Shown here piece by piece: positions 1 to 7,652 of a stretch of DNA of 14,406 bases. Below the pieces are notes generated by a model. The model had not been told where the DNA came from and searched no databases. It saw nothing but the letters and a program-made list of their open reading frames with translations. Origin of the DNA: a virus (Duplodnaviria > Heunggongvirae > Uroviricota > Caudoviricetes); the IMG/VR virus record IMGVR_UViG_2711768040_000007, positions 1-14,406 of that record. One strand, given 5' to 3'. Numbering within the stretch: the stretch's first letter is position 1; every line of letters begins with the position of its first letter. A program made the translations under genes and the position numbers.

Positions 1-653
1 TGTCACGACGAGTCACGACAGATAAAGATACAGATAAAGATACAGATCAAGAAGATCAAAACACTATGGTCCATGGCGTAAAAAACGCCACGAACCAGGC
101 AGGGGATGTTCAGACCGTCAATCCTGGTCAGCCAGCAGGCACGACACCGGAAGCCGATTCAGCGTATGCGCTGAAAGCCGATTCGGGCGCTGTGCAGCAG
201 GTGATGACCGCAAGGCCGGAGCAATCACACCAACTGCAGCAGCCTGAAGCCGATTCCGCCATTCAGCGGGAAGCCGATCGGGTAGTCCCGGAAAGCACCG
301 GGCAGTCTGTGGGACGAGTGGATTATCCGGATGTGTTCGAACAGGTCTGGCGGGAGTACCCGTTGCGTGCCGGAGCAAACCCGAAGAAATCCGCTTTCAG
401 TGCCTGGAAGGCCAGATTACGCGAGGGGGTGCCACCAGAGGCCATGCTGGATGGCGTGAGGCGTTACGCAAGATACTTGGCGGCTACCGGGAAAACGGGA
501 ACGGAATTTGTTCAGCGAGCGACGACGTTTTTTGGACCGGACCGGAATTTTGAGAACCCCTGGTTGCTCCCGGTAAGCGGCACGAACAACCAGCGTTGTG
601 TGAATCATATTTCTGAGCCGGATACCGAAATTCCGCCGGGCTTCAGGGGGTAA
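1..653 (+). CDS. Early-region protein, C-terminal part; possibly a replication-initiator (O-like) C-terminal domain. 5' end lies outside the window.
   Basis: The reading frame of ORF 66..653 stays open back to the window edge, so the gene probably starts upstream (ATG at 66 is an alternative start). Position immediately upstream of a nin-like region fits a replication module. No motif identifies the product. Confidence 0.4.
   Translation, partial: SRRVTTDKDTDKDTDQEDQNTMVHGVKNATNQAGDVQTVNPGQPAGTTPEADSAYALKADSGAVQQVMTARPEQSHQLQQPEADSAIQREADRVVPESTGQSVGRVDYPDVFEQVWREYPLRAGANPKKSAFSAWKARLREGVPPEAMLDGVRRYARYLAATGKTGTEFVQRATTFFGPDRNFENPWLLPVSGTNNQRCVNHISEPDTEIPPGFRG
18..47 (+). repeat. Short tandem direct repeat, 12-bp unit ACAGATAAAGAT in about 2.5 copies, next to a duplicated GTCACGAC octamer (2..9 and 12..19)
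   Basis: Seen directly in the sequence. It lies inside the open frame of the first ORF, where it would encode a D/K/T-rich linker. Confidence 0.5.
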
Positions 654-693
654 GTGTTAATTTCTGGTCATGAGGTAATTTTCAGGAGGGCTT

Positions 694-1116
694 GTGGCAA
701 AAGTTTTTACACAAGAAGAGCGGGAAAAAATTAAAGGACAGGTTGTTGAACTCGTACGCCAGAGTGGGCGCGAGACGTTACGACAACTGGAAGCTAAAAC
801 TGGGGCAACAAGATATCTGATGAGCGTTCTTGCCAGAGAACTGGTAGCCAGTGGCGATGTATACAACTCCGGCTGCGGGTTATTCCCGTCTGAACAGGCC
901 CGTAAGGACTGGCAAAACGCCCGCAAAAAACTCTCAAGGGCAAAGGTGAAGAAAACGGCTGTGGTTGATCCGGACCTTATCAGGTCATTACCTGACGGAG
1001 AAATACGCCGCTACGACAGGCGTCAGAACATAATCTGTCGCGAGTGCCGGAAGAGCGAAGTTATGCAGCGCATATTGTCGTTTTATCAGGGTAATTTTCA
1101 GGAGGTGATGGCGTGA
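694..1116 (+). CDS. Hypothetical protein, 140 aa, with a C-terminal CxxC pair
   Basis: ORF with GTG start 4 nt downstream of an AGGAGG Shine-Dalgarno; its stop overlaps the start of the next gene (GTGA). Confidence 0.45.
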   Translation: MAKVFTQEEREKIKGQVVELVRQSGRETLRQLEAKTGATRYLMSVLARELVASGDVYNSGCGLFPSEQARKDWQNARKKLSRAKVKKTAVVDPDLIRSLPDGEIRRYDRRQNIICRECRKSEVMQRILSFYQGNFQEVMA

Positions 1117-1418
1117 GGGTGAGAGTCTATATCGCCGGTCCAATGACCGGGTATAAAAATTTCAACCGTGAGGCATTTCACGAGGCGGAAGAGAAGCTGA
1201 AACAGAAAGGGTGCACGGTGTTGAATCCGGCAGTGCTTCCTGGTGGGCTGACACAGGCGCAGTACATGGATATTTGTACGGCGATGCTCCGCTGTGTGGA
1301 TACGATTTACATGCTGAAAGGCTGGCATCGGTCGGCAGGCGCTAAGGCAGAACTGGCGCTGGCGGCGAAACTGGGGCATGAGGTTGTATTTCAGGAGGTA
1401 AGCAGTGAGAAAAATTAA
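1113..1418 (+). CDS. DUF4406 / nucleoside 2-deoxyribosyltransferase-like protein, 101 aa
   Basis: N-terminal RVYIAGPMTG resembles the conserved YxAGP motif of this fold. GTG start 7 nt after AGGAGG, overlapping the upstream stop. Confidence 0.5.
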   Translation: MRVRVYIAGPMTGYKNFNREAFHEAEEKLKQKGCTVLNPAVLPGGLTQAQYMDICTAMLRCVDTIYMLKGWHRSAGAKAELALAAKLGHEVVFQEVSSEKN

Positions 1419-2073
1419 TTATCAGGCGCTACGTGAGATAGCAAAACTGGCAACACAGGGCGAATGGGTCGCATTCATTTCGCCGGGCACTGATACATAT
1501 GCGGTGCATACGCCGGGGGATGAACGTTGCGGAGACATTATCAAATGGCCTGGCTTTGACGACCAGAAAAATGCAGAGAACAACGCAGAATTTATCGCAG
1601 CTTTCAACCCTAAAGTAGTGCAGGCACTGCTGGATGAACGGGAAAGAAACCAGCAATATATCAAACGCCGCGACCAGGAGAACGAGGACATTGCGCTAAC
1701 GGTAGGGAAGCTGCGTGTTGAGCTTGAGGAGACAAAATCAAAACTCAACGAGCAGCGTGAGTATTACGAGGGAGTAATCGCGGATGGAAGTAAGCGCATA
1801 GCAGAACTGGAAGCACGGGAAATAAAACCAGCCAAAGGCGAAGTTCTTGTCGTTGTATCTGGTTTTACTGGTTGCGGAAAAAGCGCCATTGCCGGGGAAA
1901 TAGAAATCGCGATGAAGGCTATTGGTGTACCGGTTAAGTGGACTAATGGCGATGCAGAAAAGCGCATGACTGGCGCTGACTGGCTGACAGCGATTGAGAT
2001 GTACAAACCAACAGTGCACATCGTGGAAGTTAATGTGCCACGCGCCGCTGGCATTCGCATCAAAGGAGAGTGA
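1405..2073 (+). CDS. Ea22-like prophage protein with a coiled-coil middle and a C-terminal P-loop-like motif, 222 aa
   Basis: N-terminal region resembles ead/Ea22-like prophage proteins; charged heptad-like central segment; VLVVVSGFTGCGKS fits the GxxxxGK[ST] pattern. GTG start 7 nt after AGGAGG. Confidence 0.5.
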   Translation: MRKINYQALREIAKLATQGEWVAFISPGTDTYAVHTPGDERCGDIIKWPGFDDQKNAENNAEFIAAFNPKVVQALLDERERNQQYIKRRDQENEDIALTVGKLRVELEETKSKLNEQREYYEGVIADGSKRIAELEAREIKPAKGEVLVVVSGFTGCGKSAIAGEIEIAMKAIGVPVKWTNGDAEKRMTGADWLTAIEMYKPTVHIVEVNVPRAAGIRIKGE

Positions 2074-2074
2074 T

Positions 2075-2431
2075 ATGGAAATAAAACCAGAAGATGAGTT
2101 AAGTAATATTGTTTTATTTCCGGTAAAAGAGGATGACCCACGTAATCAGGTTAATTTTCTTTATGAGCCATCGGAAAGACCATATTGCCATCACGCCTCT
2201 GTCCGGGTTGACGAAAAAGAGCGTCAGGTCCGCTGTAAAATCTGCGGTGCAGTTGTGGAGCCATTTGACTGGATGCTCTCTGTGGCGAAAAGAGAAACCA
2301 GACTGGCAGATGATGTAAGGCTCTTGCGCCAGGAGGAGCGGGAAAGGCGAAAAAATATAGAAAAGCTAATCCAGATTGAGCGTAATGCGAAAGCGCGGAT
2401 ACGCAGGGTGACAAAATATAGCCCCGAATAA
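2075..2431 (+). CDS. Hypothetical zinc-ribbon-like protein, 118 aa
   Basis: ATG at 2075 sits 1 nt after the upstream stop with AAAGGAGAG upstream. Contains CHH...CKICG, then a basic/acidic helical tail. The track's longer 1994 start is an upstream extension. Confidence 0.45.
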   Translation: MEIKPEDELSNIVLFPVKEDDPRNQVNFLYEPSERPYCHHASVRVDEKERQVRCKICGAVVEPFDWMLSVAKRETRLADDVRLLRQEERERRKNIEKLIQIERNAKARIRRVTKYSPE

Positions 2432-2519
2432 TCAAGGTTATTTCTGGAAGTCAAGTCGTGAGTGATGAGGACTAACAAATACGGTGAACTCGATAAAGAG
2501 ATTCAGGACGAACTGGAGG

Positions 2520-2645
2520 CCAGGAATGATTGACAAATCACCAAGTGAGTTCAGCTACAAAGATTTATTGTCATAACGGGTTATGAGATCGACTTGGTGC
2601 GTGATATTCTTCGGGCCAGTTTGCTATGCGCCACCATGAGATGTT
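2520..2645 (+). promoter_or_regulatory. Candidate promoter/regulatory region upstream of the methyltransferase gene
   Basis: Perfect TTGACA hexamer at about 2530..2535 but no convincing -10. Inverted repeat CATAAC-gg-GTTATG at about 2572..2585. Intergenic and AT-rich. Confidence 0.25.
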
Positions 2646-4478
2646 ATGGCCCGCATGTTTGATACATTAGGATTTTACATTATGAATGTGCAACATTTTG
2701 ATTTTTTTACAGATAATGAGTTTTCTAATCTGGAAAGATATCAAACTTGTAAAGCCATGGCCAAAGGTTATGCGGGCAATTACAAAACCGGGCAGTCAAG
2801 GTTGATGCATGCCCGCTCATACTGCTTCAGCATCGTAGCTGCATATTGGGATACCCTTGCAAAAAAGCAAAAAAGCAGCATTAAAATGAGGGCAGTACCG
2901 CACACTGTTTACATAGAAGACATTCCATGTGATGCACGCGAGCTCGCTGAACGAACAGGTGAGCTTATTGCTCAATTTCCGGCGGAGGACGCTGGATATC
3001 TGATTGGGTCAATTTATACGGTAATGCTGCCATCCGCTTACCGTTCGGAATTGGGGGCTTACTATACCCCCCCACCTTTGGTAGCGCGTCTCTTGGACCT
3101 GGCTGAAAAGTCTGGTGTTGATTTTTCTCATGCATCGGTTATTGATCCTGCGTGTGGTGGCGGTGCATTTTTGGCACCAGTAGCCATTCGAATGTTAAAA
3201 AAAGACAAGGGGTCTTCCCCTGAATGGATGTTGAGGAGAATCAGTCGTCGTTTAAAGGGGATAGAAATCGATCCATTTGCGGCTTGGATGAGTTTGGTAT
3301 TGCTCGAATCTGTACTAATGCCACTATGTGTAAAGGTAAAACGTAGATTGCCTGAAGATACAATTATTGTTGCTGATGCGCTTCAGCAAGATAAAATTTC
3401 TGGTTATGATCTTGTGGTAGGGAATCCGCCTTACGGACGTGTCACTCTCGATATTAAAACGAGAGAAAAATATTCTCGTTCGTTATTTGGTCATGCAAAT
3501 CTATATGGATTGTTCACCGACTTAGCTGTTCGCATGGTTAAAGAGAAAACAGGAGTTATTGCATTTCTTACGCCAACTTCTTTTCTTGGTGGGCAGTATT
3601 TCACCGCGCTGCGAACCCTTTTGACCGAAAAAACTACTCCGTATGCCCTTGATTTCGTCGCTGACAGGGATGGGGTCTTTGACGATGTTCTCCAGGAAAC
3701 AATGTTGACAGCATTCAAGGCGGGAGAACATAAAGTTCGGGCCCAGGTATCCTCACTTGTCCCTAAGGGGTTGAACAAAGCAAAAATTGAGAAAATAGGT
3801 AATGTTGATATAGAAAAAGGTGGAGCAACGTGGCTTTTGCCACGAGTTAAAGATGATGCTTGTTTTCTTAATGTATTAAAACAGATGTCTACGCGTTTAG
3901 CTGATCTGGGATACTCAGTCTCTACAGGTCAGTTAGTCTGGAATCGATTTAAGTCGCAGTTGCGTACGACGAAAGGAAAAAATAGCTATCCATTAGTCTG
4001 GGCGGAATCAATAACTTCAGCTGGTTTCCGTTTTAGCGCAGACAGAAAAAATCATGTTCCCTATATCGATATAACCCCACAACAGGGTTTCCTTGTGACA
4101 AAATCTGAATGTGTGCTTGTTCAGCGGACAACATCGAAGGAGCAGGACAGAAGGATTTTAGCTGCGATTTTACCTCAGGGATTTATAGATGAAACTGGTG
4201 GCGTAGTAGTTGAAAACCATATTAATATTGTGTATTCAAACGGATTGTTCTCTGCGGTTCGCCCTGATGTTATTGATATGCTACTTAATTCGCATGTTGT
4301 CGATCGGGCGTTCAGGTGTATAAGCGGAAGTGTTGCTGTTTCGGCCTATGAATTGAATTCAATCCCGTTGCCTTCTCTGGAGCAGGTGATGGAGATTCAA
4401 TCGTTAATTGATGCCGGCGTCCACAGACGGATTATTGAGAGAACTATCGCTGGTTTCTATGGAGTGATGATTGCATGA
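2646..4478 (+). CDS. Gamma-class N6-adenine DNA methyltransferase (Eco57I/PstI-like family)
   Basis: Motif order GAYYTPP (X), IDPACGGGAFL (I, AdoMet binding), VVGNPPYG (IV, catalytic NPPY), followed by a long C-terminal region consistent with a target-recognition domain. An alternative start at ATG 2682 has a better SD (AGGA about 9 nt upstream). Region is conspicuously AT-rich. Confidence 0.8.
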   Translation: MARMFDTLGFYIMNVQHFDFFTDNEFSNLERYQTCKAMAKGYAGNYKTGQSRLMHARSYCFSIVAAYWDTLAKKQKSSIKMRAVPHTVYIEDIPCDARELAERTGELIAQFPAEDAGYLIGSIYTVMLPSAYRSELGAYYTPPPLVARLLDLAEKSGVDFSHASVIDPACGGGAFLAPVAIRMLKKDKGSSPEWMLRRISRRLKGIEIDPFAAWMSLVLLESVLMPLCVKVKRRLPEDTIIVADALQQDKISGYDLVVGNPPYGRVTLDIKTREKYSRSLFGHANLYGLFTDLAVRMVKEKTGVIAFLTPTSFLGGQYFTALRTLLTEKTTPYALDFVADRDGVFDDVLQETMLTAFKAGEHKVRAQVSSLVPKGLNKAKIEKIGNVDIEKGGATWLLPRVKDDACFLNVLKQMSTRLADLGYSVSTGQLVWNRFKSQLRTTKGKNSYPLVWAESITSAGFRFSADRKNHVPYIDITPQQGFLVTKSECVLVQRTTSKEQDRRILAAILPQGFIDETGGVVVENHINIVYSNGLFSAVRPDVIDMLLNSHVVDRAFRCISGSVAVSAYELNSIPLPSLEQVMEIQSLIDAGVHRRIIERTIAGFYGVMIA

Positions 4479-5557
4479 ATCTGCCTGTTGTTCCCCCATT
4501 GAATGTTATCCGGGAAAGATTACCATTAATTTTCCCTGAAGGGACTGAGAATCGTGGATATTTAATTCGGGAAATAGCTGCAAAAACAATTTTTGTCATG
4601 TTTTATGCTGGTGCGGTTGAGGGGCTGGGGCGATGGATAAGGCCCAGCCAGGTTGTAAGTATGGGAGATTCACAGGCTGCTCTTACTGATGATGCGTCCA
4701 GAGAAAGTTGGGTAAAGATGACTTTCTCTAAACAAAAGATAAGGCCTGCTGATGCATGGTATGCGGAAAATACGCGTGAGCCAATACGTGATGAAACTAT
4801 AAAAAATGGCCTAATACCTTGCAATGCAATTGTTGAGCGTAAAGGTATACCCACCACATCCTCTCATCCTCGTTACAGTTTGAATCGCTCTTTTGCAGCA
4901 CTCTTTGATGCCGGGCTTGAAGGAGATTCGCTGCTGAGTGCAATAAGTTCCTGGCAGGAAAATCATTTGAACAAAGCCGCTCTTGCTAGATTGCGTTTAT
5001 TGAAATCAGGGGCAGTGATTGCTGCTGATGCCGTAGTCGTCACTTTCCCAAATGGAGAGAAGAGAACTTTAGCTCCGGGCCCGTCAAGTACAATAGCTAA
5101 GGCCGTCATCGAAGTTTTTGCTCCTAATTTTCTTAAGAATCCAACTGTGCTCTGGTTGTCTGAATCTGGGAATAAAGTTGTTGCTCAGGATGATGTATTG
5201 GCAAAAGCATTGGGGCTGAATATTGATGCCTCAAAAGCACTTCCAGATATTATTTTGATTGATTTGGGAGAGGACCGAACGGGTTCGGATATGCTTGTAG
5301 TTTTCACTGAGGTAGTTGCGACAGATGGGCCTATAAACAGGGAACGAAAAGTTACTCTCACTCATTTGGCTATTGACGCTGGGTTCAGCGAGAAAAATCT
5401 TGCATTCCTTACGGCATTTATTGACAGAAGTGCTCTGCCTTTTAAAAAGGCAATACCAGAATTGGCGTGGGGATCTTATGCATGGTTTGCTTCTGAACCG
5501 GAGCACTTAATTGATCTTCGGGATGGTTATCCGGTAAAGATCAGCCAGAGAAAATGA
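4475..5557 (+). CDS. Putative type II restriction endonuclease partner (possibly BsuBI/PstI-like)
   Basis: Start overlaps the methyltransferase stop (ATGA), implying translational coupling. Same AT-rich composition. PDIILIDLGED...FTEVV is loosely PD-(D/E)xK-like. Family assignment is from memory, not a search. Confidence 0.5.
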   Translation: MNLPVVPPLNVIRERLPLIFPEGTENRGYLIREIAAKTIFVMFYAGAVEGLGRWIRPSQVVSMGDSQAALTDDASRESWVKMTFSKQKIRPADAWYAENTREPIRDETIKNGLIPCNAIVERKGIPTTSSHPRYSLNRSFAALFDAGLEGDSLLSAISSWQENHLNKAALARLRLLKSGAVIAADAVVVTFPNGEKRTLAPGPSSTIAKAVIEVFAPNFLKNPTVLWLSESGNKVVAQDDVLAKALGLNIDASKALPDIILIDLGEDRTGSDMLVVFTEVVATDGPINRERKVTLTHLAIDAGFSEKNLAFLTAFIDRSALPFKKAIPELAWGSYAWFASEPEHLIDLRDGYPVKISQRK

Positions 5558-5909
5558 ACAAAGTTTGATATCCGCCACGCCCTGAAGGATGAGGGTTTTG
5601 CGGTGCACTGGATAAAAAATCGGTTTCATAGATTTGCCCACCGTGGTATACGCCTGCGATAAAAACTTTATTGTCATCAACGGCAAAAGCAATAATCGTT
5701 CTGTGGCGGAAATGAGTTACCCGCATCCCCTGGCGAATATCATCGCGTTTATTGCCCCGATGCGGGAATGTAGAAAACCCATCAAGATAATCAAGAAGTG
5801 CATTGGCATAATTGTCAGCAATGACGTTCCCTGCTTTCTCAGTTATATATCTGTGCAGGTTGATTATTTGTTGTTCGGCCTCAGGAGTAATGATGACTTC
5901 ATATGTCAT
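5541..5909 (-). CDS. ParE/RelE-family type II toxin with a C-terminal extension
   Basis: Length and sequence character fit ParE-like toxins. It starts 5 nt downstream of the antitoxin stop. Its 3' end overlaps the convergent endonuclease gene by 17 bp. Confidence 0.65.
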   Translation of the reverse strand: MTYEVIITPEAEQQIINLHRYITEKAGNVIADNYANALLDYLDGFSTFPHRGNKRDDIRQGMRVTHFRHRTIIAFAVDDNKVFIAGVYHGGQIYETDFLSSAPQNPHPSGRGGYQTLFIFSG

Positions 5910-5914
5910 GCAGA

Positions 5915-6172
5915 TTACTTCCCGGATCGAATCGCGGCGCGAACCTGTGAAATGGAGCGTCCGTTGTTTGGGTTTTCGCGGATAGAATCAAGAGAGGGGG
6001 CGGCTGAATGCGTTAACCATGCTTCGATTGCTTTATCGCGCTCATTCAGTGCGCGAAGCCCTTCACGAATGACCTCGCTTTCTGAAGCATAGGCACCGGA
6101 AGCCACACGGGCGCGCACCATGTCAGCCATCTCGTTAGTTAATGTAATGCTGAATTGTTGGGTTGTACGCAT
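5915..6172 (-). CDS. ParD-like ribbon-helix-helix antitoxin, 85 aa
   Basis: Internal ATG (MRTTQQFSITLTNEMADMVRARV...) preceded by GAGG. RHH-like N-terminus with SESEVIREGLRAL. The track's 5915..6235 version is an N-terminally extended TTG-start reading. Confidence 0.65.
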   Translation of the reverse strand: MRTTQQFSITLTNEMADMVRARVASGAYASESEVIREGLRALNERDKAIEAWLTHSAAPSLDSIRENPNNGRSISQVRAAIRSGK

Positions 6173-6307
6173 GGTAAACCTCACAGAGTAGGATAGAACA
6201 CTATTCGATGATAGCACGCTGCCTGTTGACGACAACAGAAATCAGAGACAATATTGCCGCACGCCAGCCTGAACAACTGGCACCTGCTGCGTCAGCAGAG
6301 AAAACTG
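6173..6307. promoter_or_regulatory. Divergent intergenic region with candidate promoters for parDE (- strand) and the downstream + strand genes
   Basis: Minus-strand TTGTCG, 16 nt, TATCAT upstream of parD, followed by the palindrome ATAG-tgtt-CTAT in its leader. Plus-strand TTGACG with an AT-rich -10-like element. Confidence 0.3.
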
Positions 6308-6586
6308 ATGGCGCACGATACCAAATTACACAATTCTGATAATTCAGCCGTCTTTGCCAGCAGGCACGGGCGGCGTACTCACGCATTCAAATCAGACTGG
6401 TTCCAGCATCCTCCATGCACTGAAGAGCAGGCGGAATGGATAATTCAGTGTTACCGCAGGCGCGGATACGAGGTTAAGAAAGCTCTTAGCCTCGACTACC
6501 GTCACTGGATAATCTCAGTCAGACTCCCTTACTCCGAACGCCCACCGCGTTCATCCCGCACATACCAGCAACGAATCTGGAGGTAA
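6308..6586 (+). CDS. Hypothetical protein, 92 aa
   Basis: ORF between the divergent promoter region and the DUF968-like gene; the start is uncertain (track gives 6254, first ATG is 6308). No recognisable motif. Confidence 0.35.
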   Translation: MAHDTKLHNSDNSAVFASRHGRRTHAFKSDWFQHPPCTEEQAEWIIQCYRRRGYEVKKALSLDYRHWIISVRLPYSERPPRSSRTYQQRIWR

Positions 6587-6587
6587 C

Positions 6588-7652
6588 GTGCGGGTATTAC
6601 TTAGACCTGTTCTGGTGCCGGAACTCGGGCTGGTGGTCCTTAAGCCAGGTCGTGAATCCATGCAGGTATTTCACAATCCTCGAGTGCTCGTGGAGCCGGA
6701 ACCGAAAAGCATGTGCGGCCTGCCATCCGGAGTCGTCCCTGCCGTTCGCCAGCCGCTGGCGGAGGATAAATCATTACTGCCATTTTTCAGCGATGATCGG
6801 GTGATTCGTGCTGCTGGCGGCGCTGGGGCACTGTCTGACTGGCTGTTGCGTCATGTCAAATCCTGCCAGTGGCCTCATGGTGACTATCATCACAGTGAAA
6901 TCGTCATACATCGTTATGGTATCGGTGCGATGGTGTTGTGCTGGCACTGCGACAACCAGCTGCGTGACCAGACCTCCGAATCACTCGGGCAACTTGCTCA
7001 TCAAAACCTGTCAGCATGGATGATTGACGTCATACGCCATGCAGTGAATGGCACGCAGGAGCGGGAGTTATCGCTGGCTGAATTATCCTGGTGGGCAGTC
7101 TGCAATCAGGTAGCGGACGCACTGCCGGAGGCAGTATTACGTCGCTCTCTGGGGGTACGAGCAGAAAAAATCCGCTCAATATACCGCGAGAGCGACATCA
7201 TACCGGGAGAACAGACAGCCACCAGCATACTGAAGCAGCGCACAAAAAATATTGCGCTACCGCCTCACGTCCACCAGCACCAGCAACAGAACCCACCACA
7301 GGAAAAGACGGTGGTCAGCATTGCCGTTGATCCGGAATCTCCGGCTCAGTATCTCCAGCGCCAGAAACCACAACGGGAAGAGATGCCTGTATACACGCGC
7401 TGGGTAAAAACGCAGAAATGCATGACGTGTGGCAATCAGGCAGATGATCCGCATCACATCATTGGTCATGGACTGGGAGGGATGGGAACAAAGGCTGACG
7501 ATTTGTTTGTTATTCCGCTGTGTCGTAAATGCCATAACGAACTACACGCCGGGGTAAAAGATTTTGAAGAAAAACACGGTAGTCAGTTGTTGTTGCTGAT
7601 TCGTTTTTTAATGCACGCGAGAAATTCGGGTGTTCTGAAGTGGAAAGCATAA
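6588..7652 (+). CDS. DUF968 (YdfU-like) prophage protein with two HNH-like zinc-binding motifs
   Basis: GTG start 6 nt after GGAGG. CMTCGNQADDPHHIIGHG...PLCRKCHNELH near the C-terminus and HHSEIVIHRYG...CWHCDN earlier. Position just upstream of rusA and Q is typical. Confidence 0.6.
   Translation: MRVLLRPVLVPELGLVVLKPGRESMQVFHNPRVLVEPEPKSMCGLPSGVVPAVRQPLAEDKSLLPFFSDDRVIRAAGGAGALSDWLLRHVKSCQWPHGDYHHSEIVIHRYGIGAMVLCWHCDNQLRDQTSESLGQLAHQNLSAWMIDVIRHAVNGTQERELSLAELSWWAVCNQVADALPEAVLRRSLGVRAEKIRSIYRESDIIPGEQTATSILKQRTKNIALPPHVHQHQQQNPPQEKTVVSIAVDPESPAQYLQRQKPQREEMPVYTRWVKTQKCMTCGNQADDPHHIIGHGLGGMGTKADDLFVIPLCRKCHNELHAGVKDFEEKHGSQLLLLIRFLMHARNSGVLKWKA

Noticed and set aside
18-47. Possible CRISPR array at the window start
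   Set aside because: Repeat unit is only 12 bp, copies are directly tandem with no spacers, and it lies inside an open reading frame.
118-608. Minus-strand ORFs 118..378 and 417..608
   Set aside because: Entirely antisense to the longer + strand first ORF; no SD; treated as shadow ORFs.
1098-2141. Minus-strand ORFs 1098..1379, 1422..1748, 1429..1656, 1738..2019 and 1764..2141
   Set aside because: All antisense to the tightly coupled + strand cassette, with low-complexity Ser/Cys-rich translations.
1994-2478. Long form of ORF 1994..2431 and overlapping ORFs 2133..2318 (+), 2151..2435 (-), 2224..2478 (-)
   Set aside because: The 1994 start lies inside the upstream gene in another frame; ATG 2075 with an SD is the plausible start. 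The others are shadow ORFs.
3491-3778. Minus-strand ORFs 3491..3778 and 3522..3731 inside the methyltransferase gene
   Set aside because: Antisense to a gene with clear catalytic motifs.
4603-5692. Minus-strand ORFs 4603..4857, 5231..5506 and 5507..5692
   Set aside because: The first two are antisense to the endonuclease gene; the third overlaps the parE 3' end in another frame. No independent support.
5634-6092. Plus-strand ORF 5634..6092 (TTG start)
   Set aside because: Antisense to the parE/parD pair, which has recognisable family features.
5915-6386. Long TTG-start form of the antitoxin (5915..6235) and minus-strand ORF 6201..6386
   Set aside because: The internal ATG at 6172 with a GAGG SD gives a typical RHH antitoxin length. 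The extension would remove the promoter space needed for the divergent genes.
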